Source of the DNA: Bdellovibrionales bacterium
GTDB taxonomy: Bacteria > Bdellovibrionota > Bdellovibrionia > Bdellovibrionales > DASUEL01
DNA length: 40,511 bases
NCBI GenBank assembly: GCA_050250255.1
Contig: JBFWOZ010000026.1
Span: 1 to 40,511 of the forward strand
Reading direction: 5' to 3'
Shown here piece after piece: positions 16,753-26,566 of the stretch (its first letter is position 1; each line of letters starts with the position of its first letter). Under the pieces are notes generated by a model that worked only from the letters and a program-made list of their open reading frames with translations, ran no database searches and had not been told where the DNA came from. The translations under genes and the position numbers were made by a program.

Positions 16753-19404
16753 TTATTGAATTTGGCCTAAAAAAGTTCGTAATAAAAACGAAATTTGACC
16801 ATCACTATAATCCCTACCCGGCAAGGCTTTCAGATCAGAAAGAGCGCGTAACGATAAAATAAAAAGCCGTGGATCAGGTTTTTTAAAGCTGCTCGCGTAG
16901 TCATCGCTCATGACCGCAGAATAAAATCCTTGTTGCTCATCCCAAAAATGCTGACTCAAGGAGAAATAGATTTCATAGGCTCGAGCTTTAAACTCTGACA
17001 TTTTTAAATTCTTTTCAATGGCCGTAAAGGCACGGATCGTCTCTAATTGATCTTCGAGATGTAGGCTTTTCGTAATAATTTTGTTTTCTTTGAGAGAATA
17101 TACCGACGACATAGAGCCATCAGGGCGTTGCATTTGACGAACAAGGAAATTCCCCATCATGAACGTCAATAGTTTCACTTGACTTCGTGCTTCGATAATT
17201 TTCGACATTTTATCTTTAACAACCAGCGATCGACTCTTCTCAATCCCCTCAGTCGCTTCTAAAAATTTTGTCATGGCTAATATAAACCGACTGATATCAG
17301 CACTCTTCATCTCATCGCCTAAGCCATTTTGAGTACGATCAACGTAACCAGCCATGAGAGCTTGTTCTTTTTTTGCTTCATCAAGAGATTCTGAAGAAAT
17401 CCATTTTAAATCTTTTGTGAGAAAGAAGACTCCTGAGCGAGGTCTTTTCAAATTTTCTAAAATGATGCTCGAAACCCCTAAACAGTATTCAAAGATCTTT
17501 TCTTTAGGGAAGAGCGGCTCAAACTCGAGATGAGGAGGCAGATCCGGGATGAGGTGTCCAAGAACAAACTGTCCCATCTTGATGTCGAAAGTGCTACCTG
17601 TCCAATCTCGAAAAAACTCCATAAGTCCTGAAAAGCCTGAGAGAAGTTCGGCCTGTCCTCTTACACTAACAAAGAAAGGATCGTCCCGATTGTCGCTTCG
17701 ACTCATTTCATTAACACTCTTAAGAGAAATATAATCTGGCACAACGAAATATTCATTACTTCCAAATTGGGTTTTGATGTCCATGATTTTGGAATATGGA
17801 GAAGGCTCATTGATAGCCACATGGAATGAAGGAAAAAGGTTGTCGTCGATACGTTTAAACCCCCCAACCGCCGGCATTTTATTTAACACTTCGAGAACCA
17901 ACCGATAATAGGCGTCGGAAGAATAACTAACTGACTCATACTCCGCCACTTTTTGGAGACGCTTTGAAGCCAAAGCCATACTTGAACCGATGGAAGAGCT
18001 ACTTGTAAGGTGTGGTGAAACTCGTGAATCTGGAATCAATAAATAATTTCCGCCTTCTTTCACGCCAAAAACATAACGGTCCTTTTCAAAACCATTGATT
18101 GTTTTTTTCTCACCATAGATTTCTTTTTTACCCCAATTCACAGATAGGTCAGCAAAAAAGTCTCGATAAGTTTTCTCTCGAATAGTCTGCACATTCAACT
18201 CTTTGGCCTTTACCGTTTGGATAAAGCGGGATTCCATCATTTGAGGCAAACGTACCAATTGAGCTTTCAATTGTTTTTCAAAAGATTGAAGAACAAAGGA
18301 GTTAATCATCGGCAAGAGCTCGTCACGAAGTTTAGCCACACCATAGTCTTCGAGTTTTGAAGTGATTTTCCAATAAGGAATATATGTCCACAGGTTGGTC
18401 CAGGAACCGTTTTTTAAATCTACAATGTAGGCTTCATCCTTATCTTTTAGGTGTTCATAAAGATCAGGACTCACCTTTTGGAAGTACTGTTGTCGCTGCT
18501 CGGGCCTTAACATAAGCCAGAGATTAAGAATCACTGCCAAGCCCTGCTTGCCGTTCGACATTTGAGCTATATCTCTCTCAAGACGTGACGCCATCTCTAA
18601 ATCGGTACGAATTTGCGAAATAGTTTGTGTGTCGAGAGGAAGAGACTCAATTGACTTAATATATGTTAAATTCTTGCTCAAAGGTTGGCTGATAGAAACC
18701 TGCGAAATCTCCGCACCAAAACGGTCCACCATTGGAAAATATTTTTCATCGAGCTCCGCTTGAAATGCTTTTACAACCTCAATCGAAGCGCCTCTTAATT
18801 TTAGAAGAGAGGCGATTTGAGCAAGAAAAGATCTCAGTTGAGTTCCCACTCCTTGAAGACTTACACTCGCAAAAGCCTCACTGAGCAGCGCTGACTCTTT
18901 TAAAACTTGACTAATGATCGGATAGCTTTGTTGTAATCCCGCGATTTTTCCATCCAGGATGCCTAATAAAATTGGTTTTTTTTCTCCTAAAGCTACGTCG
19001 AGATACAAACTATACTCAGGTAGAACCTGCATGGAGTTGTCAGGATTTCCGTAAAGGGTTTGAACAAGGAAATGACCTAGCTTTCTCGCTGGTTCATGAC
19101 CTTCTCGATCTCCTAACTCCATCAATTCTGTGATGAGGTTAAAAACCTGGTGAGCATCAACGACTCTTCGATAATTCACTTGTAACCACATCGAAGAAGT
19201 AGCCTGCTGTTCAAGAATTTTATCTTGATTCAATTTTTTGTCTGACCCTTGTGGCTCAATCTCAATGTAAGTTTGTGGGACTGATGGTGACTGGGGTGAT
19301 TGGGAGCAACCCGCTAGAGCAAAAAGGCACGCAAGAAGAACAACGGCCATCGCTCCTCTTTTAATTCCCTTACTATAAAACTGAACGTGCAACATAACTT
19401 TCAA
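16753..19404 (-). CDS. Large hypothetical lipoprotein
   Basis: Lipobox LAGC. Alternative start at 19350 with a GAGGAG SD. C-terminal QRPDGS / HFWDEQQGFY segments recall alpha/alpha-toroid folds. Confidence 0.75.
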   Translation of the reverse strand: MKVMLHVQFYSKGIKRGAMAVVLLACLFALAGCSQSPQSPSVPQTYIEIEPQGSDKKLNQDKILEQQATSSMWLQVNYRRVVDAHQVFNLITELMELGDREGHEPARKLGHFLVQTLYGNPDNSMQVLPEYSLYLDVALGEKKPILLGILDGKIAGLQQSYPIISQVLKESALLSEAFASVSLQGVGTQLRSFLAQIASLLKLRGASIEVVKAFQAELDEKYFPMVDRFGAEISQVSISQPLSKNLTYIKSIESLPLDTQTISQIRTDLEMASRLERDIAQMSNGKQGLAVILNLWLMLRPEQRQQYFQKVSPDLYEHLKDKDEAYIVDLKNGSWTNLWTYIPYWKITSKLEDYGVAKLRDELLPMINSFVLQSFEKQLKAQLVRLPQMMESRFIQTVKAKELNVQTIREKTYRDFFADLSVNWGKKEIYGEKKTINGFEKDRYVFGVKEGGNYLLIPDSRVSPHLTSSSSIGSSMALASKRLQKVAEYESVSYSSDAYYRLVLEVLNKMPAVGGFKRIDDNLFPSFHVAINEPSPYSKIMDIKTQFGSNEYFVVPDYISLKSVNEMSRSDNRDDPFFVSVRGQAELLSGFSGLMEFFRDWTGSTFDIKMGQFVLGHLIPDLPPHLEFEPLFPKEKIFEYCLGVSSIILENLKRPRSGVFFLTKDLKWISSESLDEAKKEQALMAGYVDRTQNGLGDEMKSADISRFILAMTKFLEATEGIEKSRSLVVKDKMSKIIEARSQVKLLTFMMGNFLVRQMQRPDGSMSSVYSLKENKIITKSLHLEDQLETIRAFTAIEKNLKMSEFKARAYEIYFSLSQHFWDEQQGFYSAVMSDDYASSFKKPDPRLFILSLRALSDLKALPGRDYSDGQISFLLRTFLGQIQ

Positions 19405-19413
19405 TCCCCAGGA

Positions 19414-20730
19414 TTAAAAAAACATCTTCATTGAAACTTCATGGATCTGCGCTCTTTCAATATTTCGTCCAGACATGATTTCTGAAAACTCGTAGCCAAT
19501 ACCATAAGGAACCGCATCTCTTTTTTGGAGGTAACCTTTTGCGGTTGAATATTCAATTGTGGCCATCGCTTTTTGCCACTCTTGAGATGTGTTACGAGAA
19601 AGAAGGTAGTACTCATAATCTCTCGAACCTGAATACTTATCCTCTTGCTTTTGGCCCCACTCCCAACCTGCACCAAGCGCAATATAATCAGAAAAACTAT
19701 GACGAGCCGTTAAACCGCCCGTTATAGAATCACCAAGGTCACGATGAAGAGCTTCCTTGCGATCGGCGTCTGGCAGAATATCATCCGCACTTGCAGGAAC
19801 ACGTTTTTCGGCTTGATCAGGGAGTCGTGCAAAGTATCCTGCATTCACACCCATGGTTGTATAATCATTGAACTGATATTCTTGAATCACCGTACCGCCG
19901 AGACCTGTCTGATGTTGGCTCGTGATATCTGTTAAATCATCCGCATCATCCTTAGGACCTGTTGGCAAAACAACGCTGGTTTTAAATACAGAAGTCCAAC
20001 GTGAGTTTTTATAAAATTGGTAGAGACTCACAAGATGGATATCACCTAAAAATGTGTTCTTTCGGGATTCGACTCTCTTATACCCTTTTGCAGCGAACGT
20101 ATCTTGTGCCGCAAGCGCCAAATTCTGATTGAGTGTTTCTAAACCACTTTTTAATTCTGTCGACGCCTCGGCAACCGCTTGAAGTTCGTTTTGAATGAAC
20201 GGAATATTGGAGCTCACCTGTTGCATACGAATATCAAGAGCATATTGGATGATAGGAATCGCAAAACCTACTGTCCACTCATCAGTAATCCCACGTGCGA
20301 ATACAGGACACACATATTTAATATCGGGATGAATTTCTACCTTGAGTTGTCCAAGGTGAAGCTTGTTACCAAGCTCGGAACGACCTGCCTGATTGAGAGC
20401 ATGAACGAGCTTTTGCAATTCCTCTTTTTTCTCAGGTTTTAAAAACCTCATGAGCTGAGTGAGATCAATATCCTGAGTATAAAAATCGCCTTGATTAGCC
20501 AAGACACCATTGGGTCCAAATTTTTGTGAAGCTTGAGAAACTTGAGCTGTACGAAGAGTTGCGTAATTCACACCTTTCGGCAGGACTTGCGCACTTTCAA
20601 TAGCCATAGAAAATGGGGGTACAAGGATGTTAAGACAGAGAAATGCAATGATTGAACTTCTTAACAAATACGACACTTTTTTAGTCCCTCGAATGGCTGA
20701 ATTTTGCCACCGGGGCCTACATTTTCTCAA
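19414..20730 (-). CDS. Putative outer-membrane beta-barrel transporter (SphA/MetA-pathway-like)
   Basis: Signal peptide ending SMA-IES; LGDIHL...VVLPTG motif; amphipathic strands; C-terminal Phe. The true start is probably downstream of 20730. Confidence 0.65.
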   Translation of the reverse strand: MRKCRPRWQNSAIRGTKKVSYLLRSSIIAFLCLNILVPPFSMAIESAQVLPKGVNYATLRTAQVSQASQKFGPNGVLANQGDFYTQDIDLTQLMRFLKPEKKEELQKLVHALNQAGRSELGNKLHLGQLKVEIHPDIKYVCPVFARGITDEWTVGFAIPIIQYALDIRMQQVSSNIPFIQNELQAVAEASTELKSGLETLNQNLALAAQDTFAAKGYKRVESRKNTFLGDIHLVSLYQFYKNSRWTSVFKTSVVLPTGPKDDADDLTDITSQHQTGLGGTVIQEYQFNDYTTMGVNAGYFARLPDQAEKRVPASADDILPDADRKEALHRDLGDSITGGLTARHSFSDYIALGAGWEWGQKQEDKYSGSRDYEYYLLSRNTSQEWQKAMATIEYSTAKGYLQKRDAVPYGIGYEFSEIMSGRNIERAQIHEVSMKMFF

Positions 20731-20803
20731 TGGTTATATTTTCAAGCCACATAGCCTAAGCTTTAGAGTAGGAGCACAGAGAACTTTGAAAAAATTATAG
20801 AGC

Positions 20804-22102
20804 TTAAGAGCTGGCTTGAGCCTGCGGTTTGAGAAGTTCCGAAACCGATGCACGAGTGCTCCAGTATGCGGGAGCCCAAGAAGACAAAAATGCGATCGCG
20901 ATAGAGGCCACTAATAAACCCGAAAGAAGCACGGGATCCACCACTACAGGAATGCGAGTATCATAGTAAATATCTGGAAGTTTAATGATGGGAAATGTAT
21001 CGAGTAGCCAGCACACAAAAAGACCTACAGAGAAACCACCAAATAAACCAAATCCCGCAACCAAGCACCCAACGGCCGTAAAAGCATTTCGAGTTCTCCT
21101 TTGTGAGAGACCTAGGGTCATGAGAATCCCCATTTCGGTTCTCTTGTGGGTGACTAAAAGAACCAACACCGTCAAAATGGAAAAGCTCGCAATTAAAACC
21201 GTGAGCGCTAAGAAAAGACCCATCGCCAATTTTTCCATTTTTAATGAATGAAAAAGAGCGGCGTTGCGATCATGCCAACTCTCAACTTTAAAACCATGAC
21301 GGACTAAATTGTTTTTAAGGTCTTCAAAGCTATTGGGATGAGAAAGTCGAAGTTCAAATCCGCTCTCTTTGCCGCTTGTTCGAGTGAGGCGCCTTAATCC
21401 CGTTTGGCGGTTATAATAAATAAGTCCACCATCAATCTCCGCAATGTTTGTCCGTACAATCGTTTTGATCAACAAACTATCGTACCGAGGTATTTCCCCT
21501 GCCGGTAAAAGTAGGGATTCTGGAGCTACGACGGTTAAAAGATCTCCTTCAAAAAGACCTAGCGTCTGTGCTAAATCCACACCAATTGCGGCTTCATTGC
21601 CTTTAAACTCAATGCTTCCGTCTTCTCTCGCCTGTAGATCTGTCTTCGAAAACTTCGATTGAAGTTCCTCGTTTTTAATTTTCTGACTCTCTCTTAAAAT
21701 AAATTGGATGTTTGAATTTTCCATCCCCTTAGCAATGGCTCCCCCGTAAAGGCCATTGGCCGTTCGCAAAATCACGTCTTGCATTTCAAAAGGATCAACC
21801 GAAATTTTTTCCTGATGAGTTTTTTCATAATCCTGGAGTAGCGACTGTAGTTCAGTGAATCGTTGAGCGAGCGTCGTGGTGTCCTCTGCCGCGATTGTAA
21901 GATGGGGTTCGACAGAAAGAAGCCTTTTACGAATGGCTCCATCAAAACCGTTCATCACGCTTAAAACGATAATCATTGCCGCCACGGCAACACTGACTCC
22001 AACAATACAGAGCCAACCAATAATTCGGATTAACGCCGTAGAGCGCGATGATAAAAGATAATGACGAAAGAGGGTCCATCCAAGGGAATCGAAGATCTTC
22101 AT
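20804..22102 (-). CDS. LolC/E-family (FtsX-like) ABC permease
   Basis: RHYLL..GVSVAVAAMIIVLSVMNGF, EK..M, EMGILMTLG, LPDIYY. Confidence 0.88.
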   Translation of the reverse strand: MKIFDSLGWTLFRHYLLSSRSTALIRIIGWLCIVGVSVAVAAMIIVLSVMNGFDGAIRKRLLSVEPHLTIAAEDTTTLAQRFTELQSLLQDYEKTHQEKISVDPFEMQDVILRTANGLYGGAIAKGMENSNIQFILRESQKIKNEELQSKFSKTDLQAREDGSIEFKGNEAAIGVDLAQTLGLFEGDLLTVVAPESLLLPAGEIPRYDSLLIKTIVRTNIAEIDGGLIYYNRQTGLRRLTRTSGKESGFELRLSHPNSFEDLKNNLVRHGFKVESWHDRNAALFHSLKMEKLAMGLFLALTVLIASFSILTVLVLLVTHKRTEMGILMTLGLSQRRTRNAFTAVGCLVAGFGLFGGFSVGLFVCWLLDTFPIIKLPDIYYDTRIPVVVDPVLLSGLLVASIAIAFLSSWAPAYWSTRASVSELLKPQAQASS

Positions 22103-22120
22103 TGATCTTTATTTTATGTC

Positions 22121-22672
22121 CTAGGAGAACACTTTACGCAAGAATTTTTGGAGTTTTGCCCAGAATGACGTCCAATGAGAAGCCTCATGAGTCGGGATGC
22201 CAAAGCGACGAACGACTTCTTCTGCCGGCATGCGAGAAATGGAAGAGGGCGATTGAAAGTTGTGAATCAACTTTAGACGAACAGAGTCTTCTAACACTTT
22301 GACAAATGGCAAAAGGGTCATTGCTAAATGAACTGTAGCTTGTGAAGCCGTTTTATCCCAAATTACGCGTTCACTAGGTTTATCTTGAGCATCGGTCAGT
22401 TCTTCCTCTAAGACAATTCCGGTGCGTAAGCCGTCTAGAATATTCCACTCAATGGTGAGCCCCTGAAGAACCACCTGTTGTTTTACGATTTCTCCACGAG
22501 AATCTGTCCAAATGTAGAGATCGGAACCTTCCGCAGCGTGAAGCCAACGAGTCACTACTTTTTCTGTACCAGCGCCTTTGAAATTCATATCCACTTCACA
22601 AAAACTTTCGGCGACCTTCTGAGGACTAAAAAAAACCGGCTCCATCTTTTCGACTGCTGTTAAGCGACTCAT
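22121..22672 (-). CDS. Hypothetical protein
   Basis: 183-aa ORF tightly packed in the minus-strand run. Confidence 0.7.
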   Translation of the reverse strand: MSRLTAVEKMEPVFFSPQKVAESFCEVDMNFKGAGTEKVVTRWLHAAEGSDLYIWTDSRGEIVKQQVVLQGLTIEWNILDGLRTGIVLEEELTDAQDKPSERVIWDKTASQATVHLAMTLLPFVKVLEDSVRLKLIHNFQSPSSISRMPAEEVVRRFGIPTHEASHWTSFWAKLQKFLRKVFS

Positions 22673-22699
22673 GCGTTTTCTTTTCTACTCTTTGTTCTT

Positions 22700-23689
22700 T
22701 TATTTATTCTTTGTTGAACCGTCAGATCCTGCCGGCAAACGCTTCTTGGCGTCTTCCACTTTTCTTTTATCGTCTTCTTCCCGCACTTCCTTGACAGAAC
22801 TACGTAAAAGAAATGATTTCTGCATCGCTCTTAAAACCACCACCGCTTCATCCATCGCTTTCATCGCTTTGTCCGTAGCTGCGGGAATTTGTGGAGCGGC
22901 TTCTGCCATCGCTGGGAGCACCCGATTTAATTCACTCACAGCCTTGGAAGTCTGACGAATCATTTCAATCATTTCTTTACTCATGTTGGGCATTTCATGA
23001 ACCATTTTTGCGAGTTCCGTTGAAACCGCCGCAAAATTCTCCACCGCAATTTGCAAGTTCTTCTTTTTTGTCAACTGATCACTCACGCTGATAACAGAGC
23101 TCGCCGCTTGCGTCGCCGCCGTTAAAAACGGATTAATTTTATCAAAGATTTCTACAACCATGCGTGTGCGTTTAGGATCGGTGAACGCATCCGCAATGAC
23201 GACAAGGCTTTTTGTGAGTCTCGAAAATGTATCAATGAAGGGAGCAAGTTTTTGAGGATTTCCGAGTTCGAGAAGATCGATTCCCTCTTTCGATTTCAAT
23301 ACGCTCCATGGACGCACGTGTTTTGCACTCTCGGAACCCACACTTACTTCAAGAATTTTATCACCAATAATAAAAGGGCGACGTGACATCACAACGCTGT
23401 CTTTACGAATACGGTGAGCAAATTTACTTTGAACGGAAAATTCAATCACAACCTGATTTTCATTCTTCAATTCCACGTTTGTGACGGCTCCGGCACGCAA
23501 ACCCGCAATCTCTACAAGAGTTCCGGGAAAAATGCCGTTCGCTTTCTCAAAAACTGTGCGATAACTCGTCTTAGGAGTAAACCAACCCTTTTGGATCGCC
23601 ACGCCAATCACGCTCACAACTGAAAGGACGATGGCACTCGCAACAAAAATACCTGCCATACGTTCGTAACGATTAAACTTCACCTTCAT
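22700..23689 (-). CDS. mlaD: MCE/MlaD-family protein with long helical C-terminus
   Basis: N-terminal TM; F..ANGIFPGTLVEIAGLRAGAV; IIGDKILEVSVG. Confidence 0.88.
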   Translation of the reverse strand: MKVKFNRYERMAGIFVASAIVLSVVSVIGVAIQKGWFTPKTSYRTVFEKANGIFPGTLVEIAGLRAGAVTNVELKNENQVVIEFSVQSKFAHRIRKDSVVMSRRPFIIGDKILEVSVGSESAKHVRPWSVLKSKEGIDLLELGNPQKLAPFIDTFSRLTKSLVVIADAFTDPKRTRMVVEIFDKINPFLTAATQAASSVISVSDQLTKKKNLQIAVENFAAVSTELAKMVHEMPNMSKEMIEMIRQTSKAVSELNRVLPAMAEAAPQIPAATDKAMKAMDEAVVVLRAMQKSFLLRSSVKEVREEDDKRKVEDAKKRLPAGSDGSTKNK

Positions 23690-24408
23690 GCAGAAGCCTC
23701 CGAACCACTGAGTAAGATCTTCTGAGAAGATGCCACTTTCTGATTTTGAAAAGTATAAACGGTGTAATCTTCTTTATGAATAAGAAGCGGATCTTCAGAC
23801 GCCAAGATAACTATAGATTCAGGATTGCTTTTTCTAAAGTCACGCAGCCAATGATAAAGTATATCCACAGCATGTGCATTAATTCCGATGAGGGGCTCAT
23901 CAAGAAGTAGCACTTGAGGCTCCATAAGCATCACTCGTGAAACACAAGTGAGCTTTCTCACAAATCCAGGAACCTCCGAAGGACGATAGTTCGCAAAAGC
24001 CTCAAATTTTAAATCCTTCATCAGCTGATTCACTCGTCGCTCAGCAAGAGAGTAATTACAGTTGTGATAAAGAAATGGAAACAGCAAATTGTTTTGAATG
24101 GTCAGATTATTAATCAATCCACCAAAACCAAAAATGTATCCGATGTTTAAACGATAAGGATTAAATTCTTGAAAACTCATCTCTGAAACAGGTTCGTCAT
24201 TGATGAAAATATCTCCGCGCTCTGGCAATGTAAACCCACCAAGCATACGTAAAACTAAAGCACTTGCCTGCGTGTCCCCACACAGTTGAGCAACGTCCCC
24301 CGCTCGAAAAGAAAAGTGAATATCATCAAGCTTTGCTTCGAGCGGCAACATGTGAGAAATATTTTTCATTTCTAAAGATTCAAACGTTTTTCGTTGAAAG
24401 AGTGACAT
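23686..24408 (-). CDS. mlaF: MlaF-like ABC ATP-binding protein with degenerate catalytic motifs
   Basis: ABC fold cues (PERGDIFIN, LLLDEP) and position between mlaE and mlaD. Walker A, Q-loop, signature and H-switch are altered. Confidence 0.8.
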   Translation of the reverse strand: MSLFQRKTFESLEMKNISHMLPLEAKLDDIHFSFRAGDVAQLCGDTQASALVLRMLGGFTLPERGDIFINDEPVSEMSFQEFNPYRLNIGYIFGFGGLINNLTIQNNLLFPFLYHNCNYSLAERRVNQLMKDLKFEAFANYRPSEVPGFVRKLTCVSRVMLMEPQVLLLDEPLIGINAHAVDILYHWLRDFRKSNPESIVILASEDPLLIHKEDYTVYTFQNQKVASSQKILLSGSEASA

Positions 24409-25253
24409 TAGATCACTCCCAACATCTGGAGCTTTCCCAGATAACTAAAAAACGTGATCAACAAGTTGAACGACATCACATACAAAATGCTATTCACAAC
24501 CGCCTTCGTAGTTACTTGAGGCACCTCATGGGGACTATTACGAACCAGGAGCCCTTGATAACAGGCAATCACAAAAATAATGACGCCGCTAAAAGAGATT
24601 TTTATAAGAAACAAAATGACGTCTTCAAAAGTGATCGCTTGAGCCAAAGTGTCGTAGTAAAAACTAAAAGGCATACTCTGCGCCCCTAAGTTTACCACAA
24701 CGTACCCGCCCAAGAGAGCAATCAAAACAAAATAAATTCCAAGGCACACGACGCTGATGACTCCACCCGCCAGTCGCGGAAACACCACGTAACTGAGAGG
24801 ATCAACGCCCATGGCTTCAAGGGCTTCTGTCTCACGATTCACTTTCATATTTCCGAGCTCAGTTGCAACGGCAGTTCCTGATCGTGCGATGACAAAAAGT
24901 GCAGTGAGAAGTGGACCGATCTCACGAATAATTACAGCGACGAGAACTTGGCCCAAGAGCGCCACTCCCCCAAGCTTTGCAAGTTGTAATGAAGACTGCA
25001 TCACTACGATGCCACCAGAAGCAGCGGCCAAAATGGAAATCAAAGGAAGCGCCTGCCAACCGGTATAATAAATTTGTGCGGAGATCACAGAGAAAATCGC
25101 ACGAAAACCTTGTGAAGGGTCAAGCGCTACACTACGAATGGAGAAATACACCATCGCGAACACGCGAAAGGTATAAGAAAACAGCATCAAAGTGCGTTTT
25201 CCTAAATGATCGATTGGCTCCATGACCATTTGAAATGACATAGTTTTCCCCAT
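24408..25253 (-). CDS. mlaE: MlaE-family ABC permease
   Basis: IIREIGPLLTA..ARSGTAVATELGNMKV..E.EALEAMGVDP..VFPR; VPQVTTKAVV. Confidence 0.93.
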   Translation of the reverse strand: MGKTMSFQMVMEPIDHLGKRTLMLFSYTFRVFAMVYFSIRSVALDPSQGFRAIFSVISAQIYYTGWQALPLISILAAASGGIVVMQSSLQLAKLGGVALLGQVLVAVIIREIGPLLTALFVIARSGTAVATELGNMKVNRETEALEAMGVDPLSYVVFPRLAGGVISVVCLGIYFVLIALLGGYVVVNLGAQSMPFSFYYDTLAQAITFEDVILFLIKISFSGVIIFVIACYQGLLVRNSPHEVPQVTTKAVVNSILYVMSFNLLITFFSYLGKLQMLGVI

Positions 25254-25297
25254 ATTTCTGATCGGTTTTTTTGAGGAAAAACATTGGGGACGAAGGT

Positions 25298-25393
25298 CCT
25301 ATTAAAATGTCTCCGGGCCTTTTTTCTGGCTACATTGCTTCACGAAGTGGACGCGACGTAGCCAGAAAAAAGGCCCGGAGACGTTTTAATAGG
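25298..25393. repeat. Long inverted repeat (REP-doublet-like hairpin)
   Basis: 36-bp arms at 25298-25333 and 25358-25393 (GTAGCCAGAAAAAAGGCCCGGAGACRTTTTAATAGG), 1 mismatch, 24-nt loop. Confidence 0.9.
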
Positions 25394-25958
25394 CCCAGAG
25401 AGAATAGAAGAGAGACTTGAGCGCTTCTAGACCTACTTCGGTAAAACCCGATTCTCCTCGACCAGGAGCCACGGCCCTCTCGTAAATAGGAAAGTTTTGA
25501 GGAAAGCTCGCCTTGAAAGTTTGTAGTGCTCGGTGAATATGAATTTGTGAAGTGATGAGAACAATGTCACGGCACCGAAGAGCTTCCACAAGAGCGAGCG
25601 ACTGCTGAGCATTTCCAAAGGTTGTGAGCGAACGCTTTTCTAAAATGATGTCGTTTTCATTGATACTGCCATAGAACGATAACTGCGGAAAAATCTCTCG
25701 AAGTTGAGCTCGCGGATGCACGCCGGAAATGATCAATTTTAAAATCGCTCGTTGGTTGAGGAGATCAAGCCCCTCCTTTAAACGGTTCGCCCCACCCGTG
25801 AGCACCACTCCGCAATCAGCAGAAGAATCTTGCGTCCAAGAACTCATCGGAGAACTGCGAACAATTTGAAGTTCACGTATGAAGACCCAGATGAACAAAA
25901 CCAAGAGCAAAACAAAAAGCGCTTGGTAAAAATTTTTTTTAGGAATTTTTGATATCAT
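25386..25958 (-). CDS. YdcF/DUF218-family protein
   Basis: N-terminal TM; VVLTGG..R, LIISG, ILEKRSLTTFGNA, LITSQIH..RA. Confidence 0.88.
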   Translation of the reverse strand: MISKIPKKNFYQALFVLLLVLFIWVFIRELQIVRSSPMSSWTQDSSADCGVVLTGGANRLKEGLDLLNQRAILKLIISGVHPRAQLREIFPQLSFYGSINENDIILEKRSLTTFGNAQQSLALVEALRCRDIVLITSQIHIHRALQTFKASFPQNFPIYERAVAPGRGESGFTEVGLEALKSLFYSLWAY

Positions 25959-25965
25959 TTACGAA

Positions 25966-26349
25966 TTACGATCTTAAGGCTGTAACTTCAATCTCTACGC
26001 GCACACCTTTTGGTAAACCGCTCACGGCAATCGTCGATCGGGCTGGAAATTTTCGTTCAAAAAATCCGGCGTAAACCGTGTTCACGGTATTGAAGTCATT
26101 CATATCGACAAGAAAGATGGTTGTTTTGACGACATGGTCCATAGTTAAGCCTGCGGCCGTCAGTACAGCTTTAATATTTTCCATGGCTCGTTGAGCTTGA
26201 GACCCAACGTCCGCATTGAGAACTTCATTTGTCTGCGGATTGATGGCGATTTGTCCTGAACAAAAAAGAAAGTCACCGGCCTGAACAGCTTGAGAATAGG
26301 GCCCCACAGGCTTTGGTGCATTCATCGTTTCAATGATTCTCTTTTCCAT
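25966..26349 (-). CDS. ridA: RidA-family enamine/imine deaminase
   Basis: APKPVGPYSQA, SGQI, VKTTIFL, PARS, LPKG..VEIE. Confidence 0.95.
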   Translation of the reverse strand: MEKRIIETMNAPKPVGPYSQAVQAGDFLFCSGQIAINPQTNEVLNADVGSQAQRAMENIKAVLTAAGLTMDHVVKTTIFLVDMNDFNTVNTVYAGFFERKFPARSTIAVSGLPKGVRVEIEVTALRS

Positions 26350-26566
26350 GATTTGCGTCTCCCTTGAGAAGCATAGGCTGACCTACAAGTTTTCATCTGT
26401 CCATCACCAACAAAGGCTCTTGATGCAAAGCACACAGCCCCCTGGTACGGCGCATCTTTTCCTTTGACCTCCTCACTTAACACTTGATTGTAAGGGGTTT
26501 AAATCATTATAAAACATCGGATCAAAGAACAACTTAAAATGCATCCTCTAGCACGAGGTTCAACCT

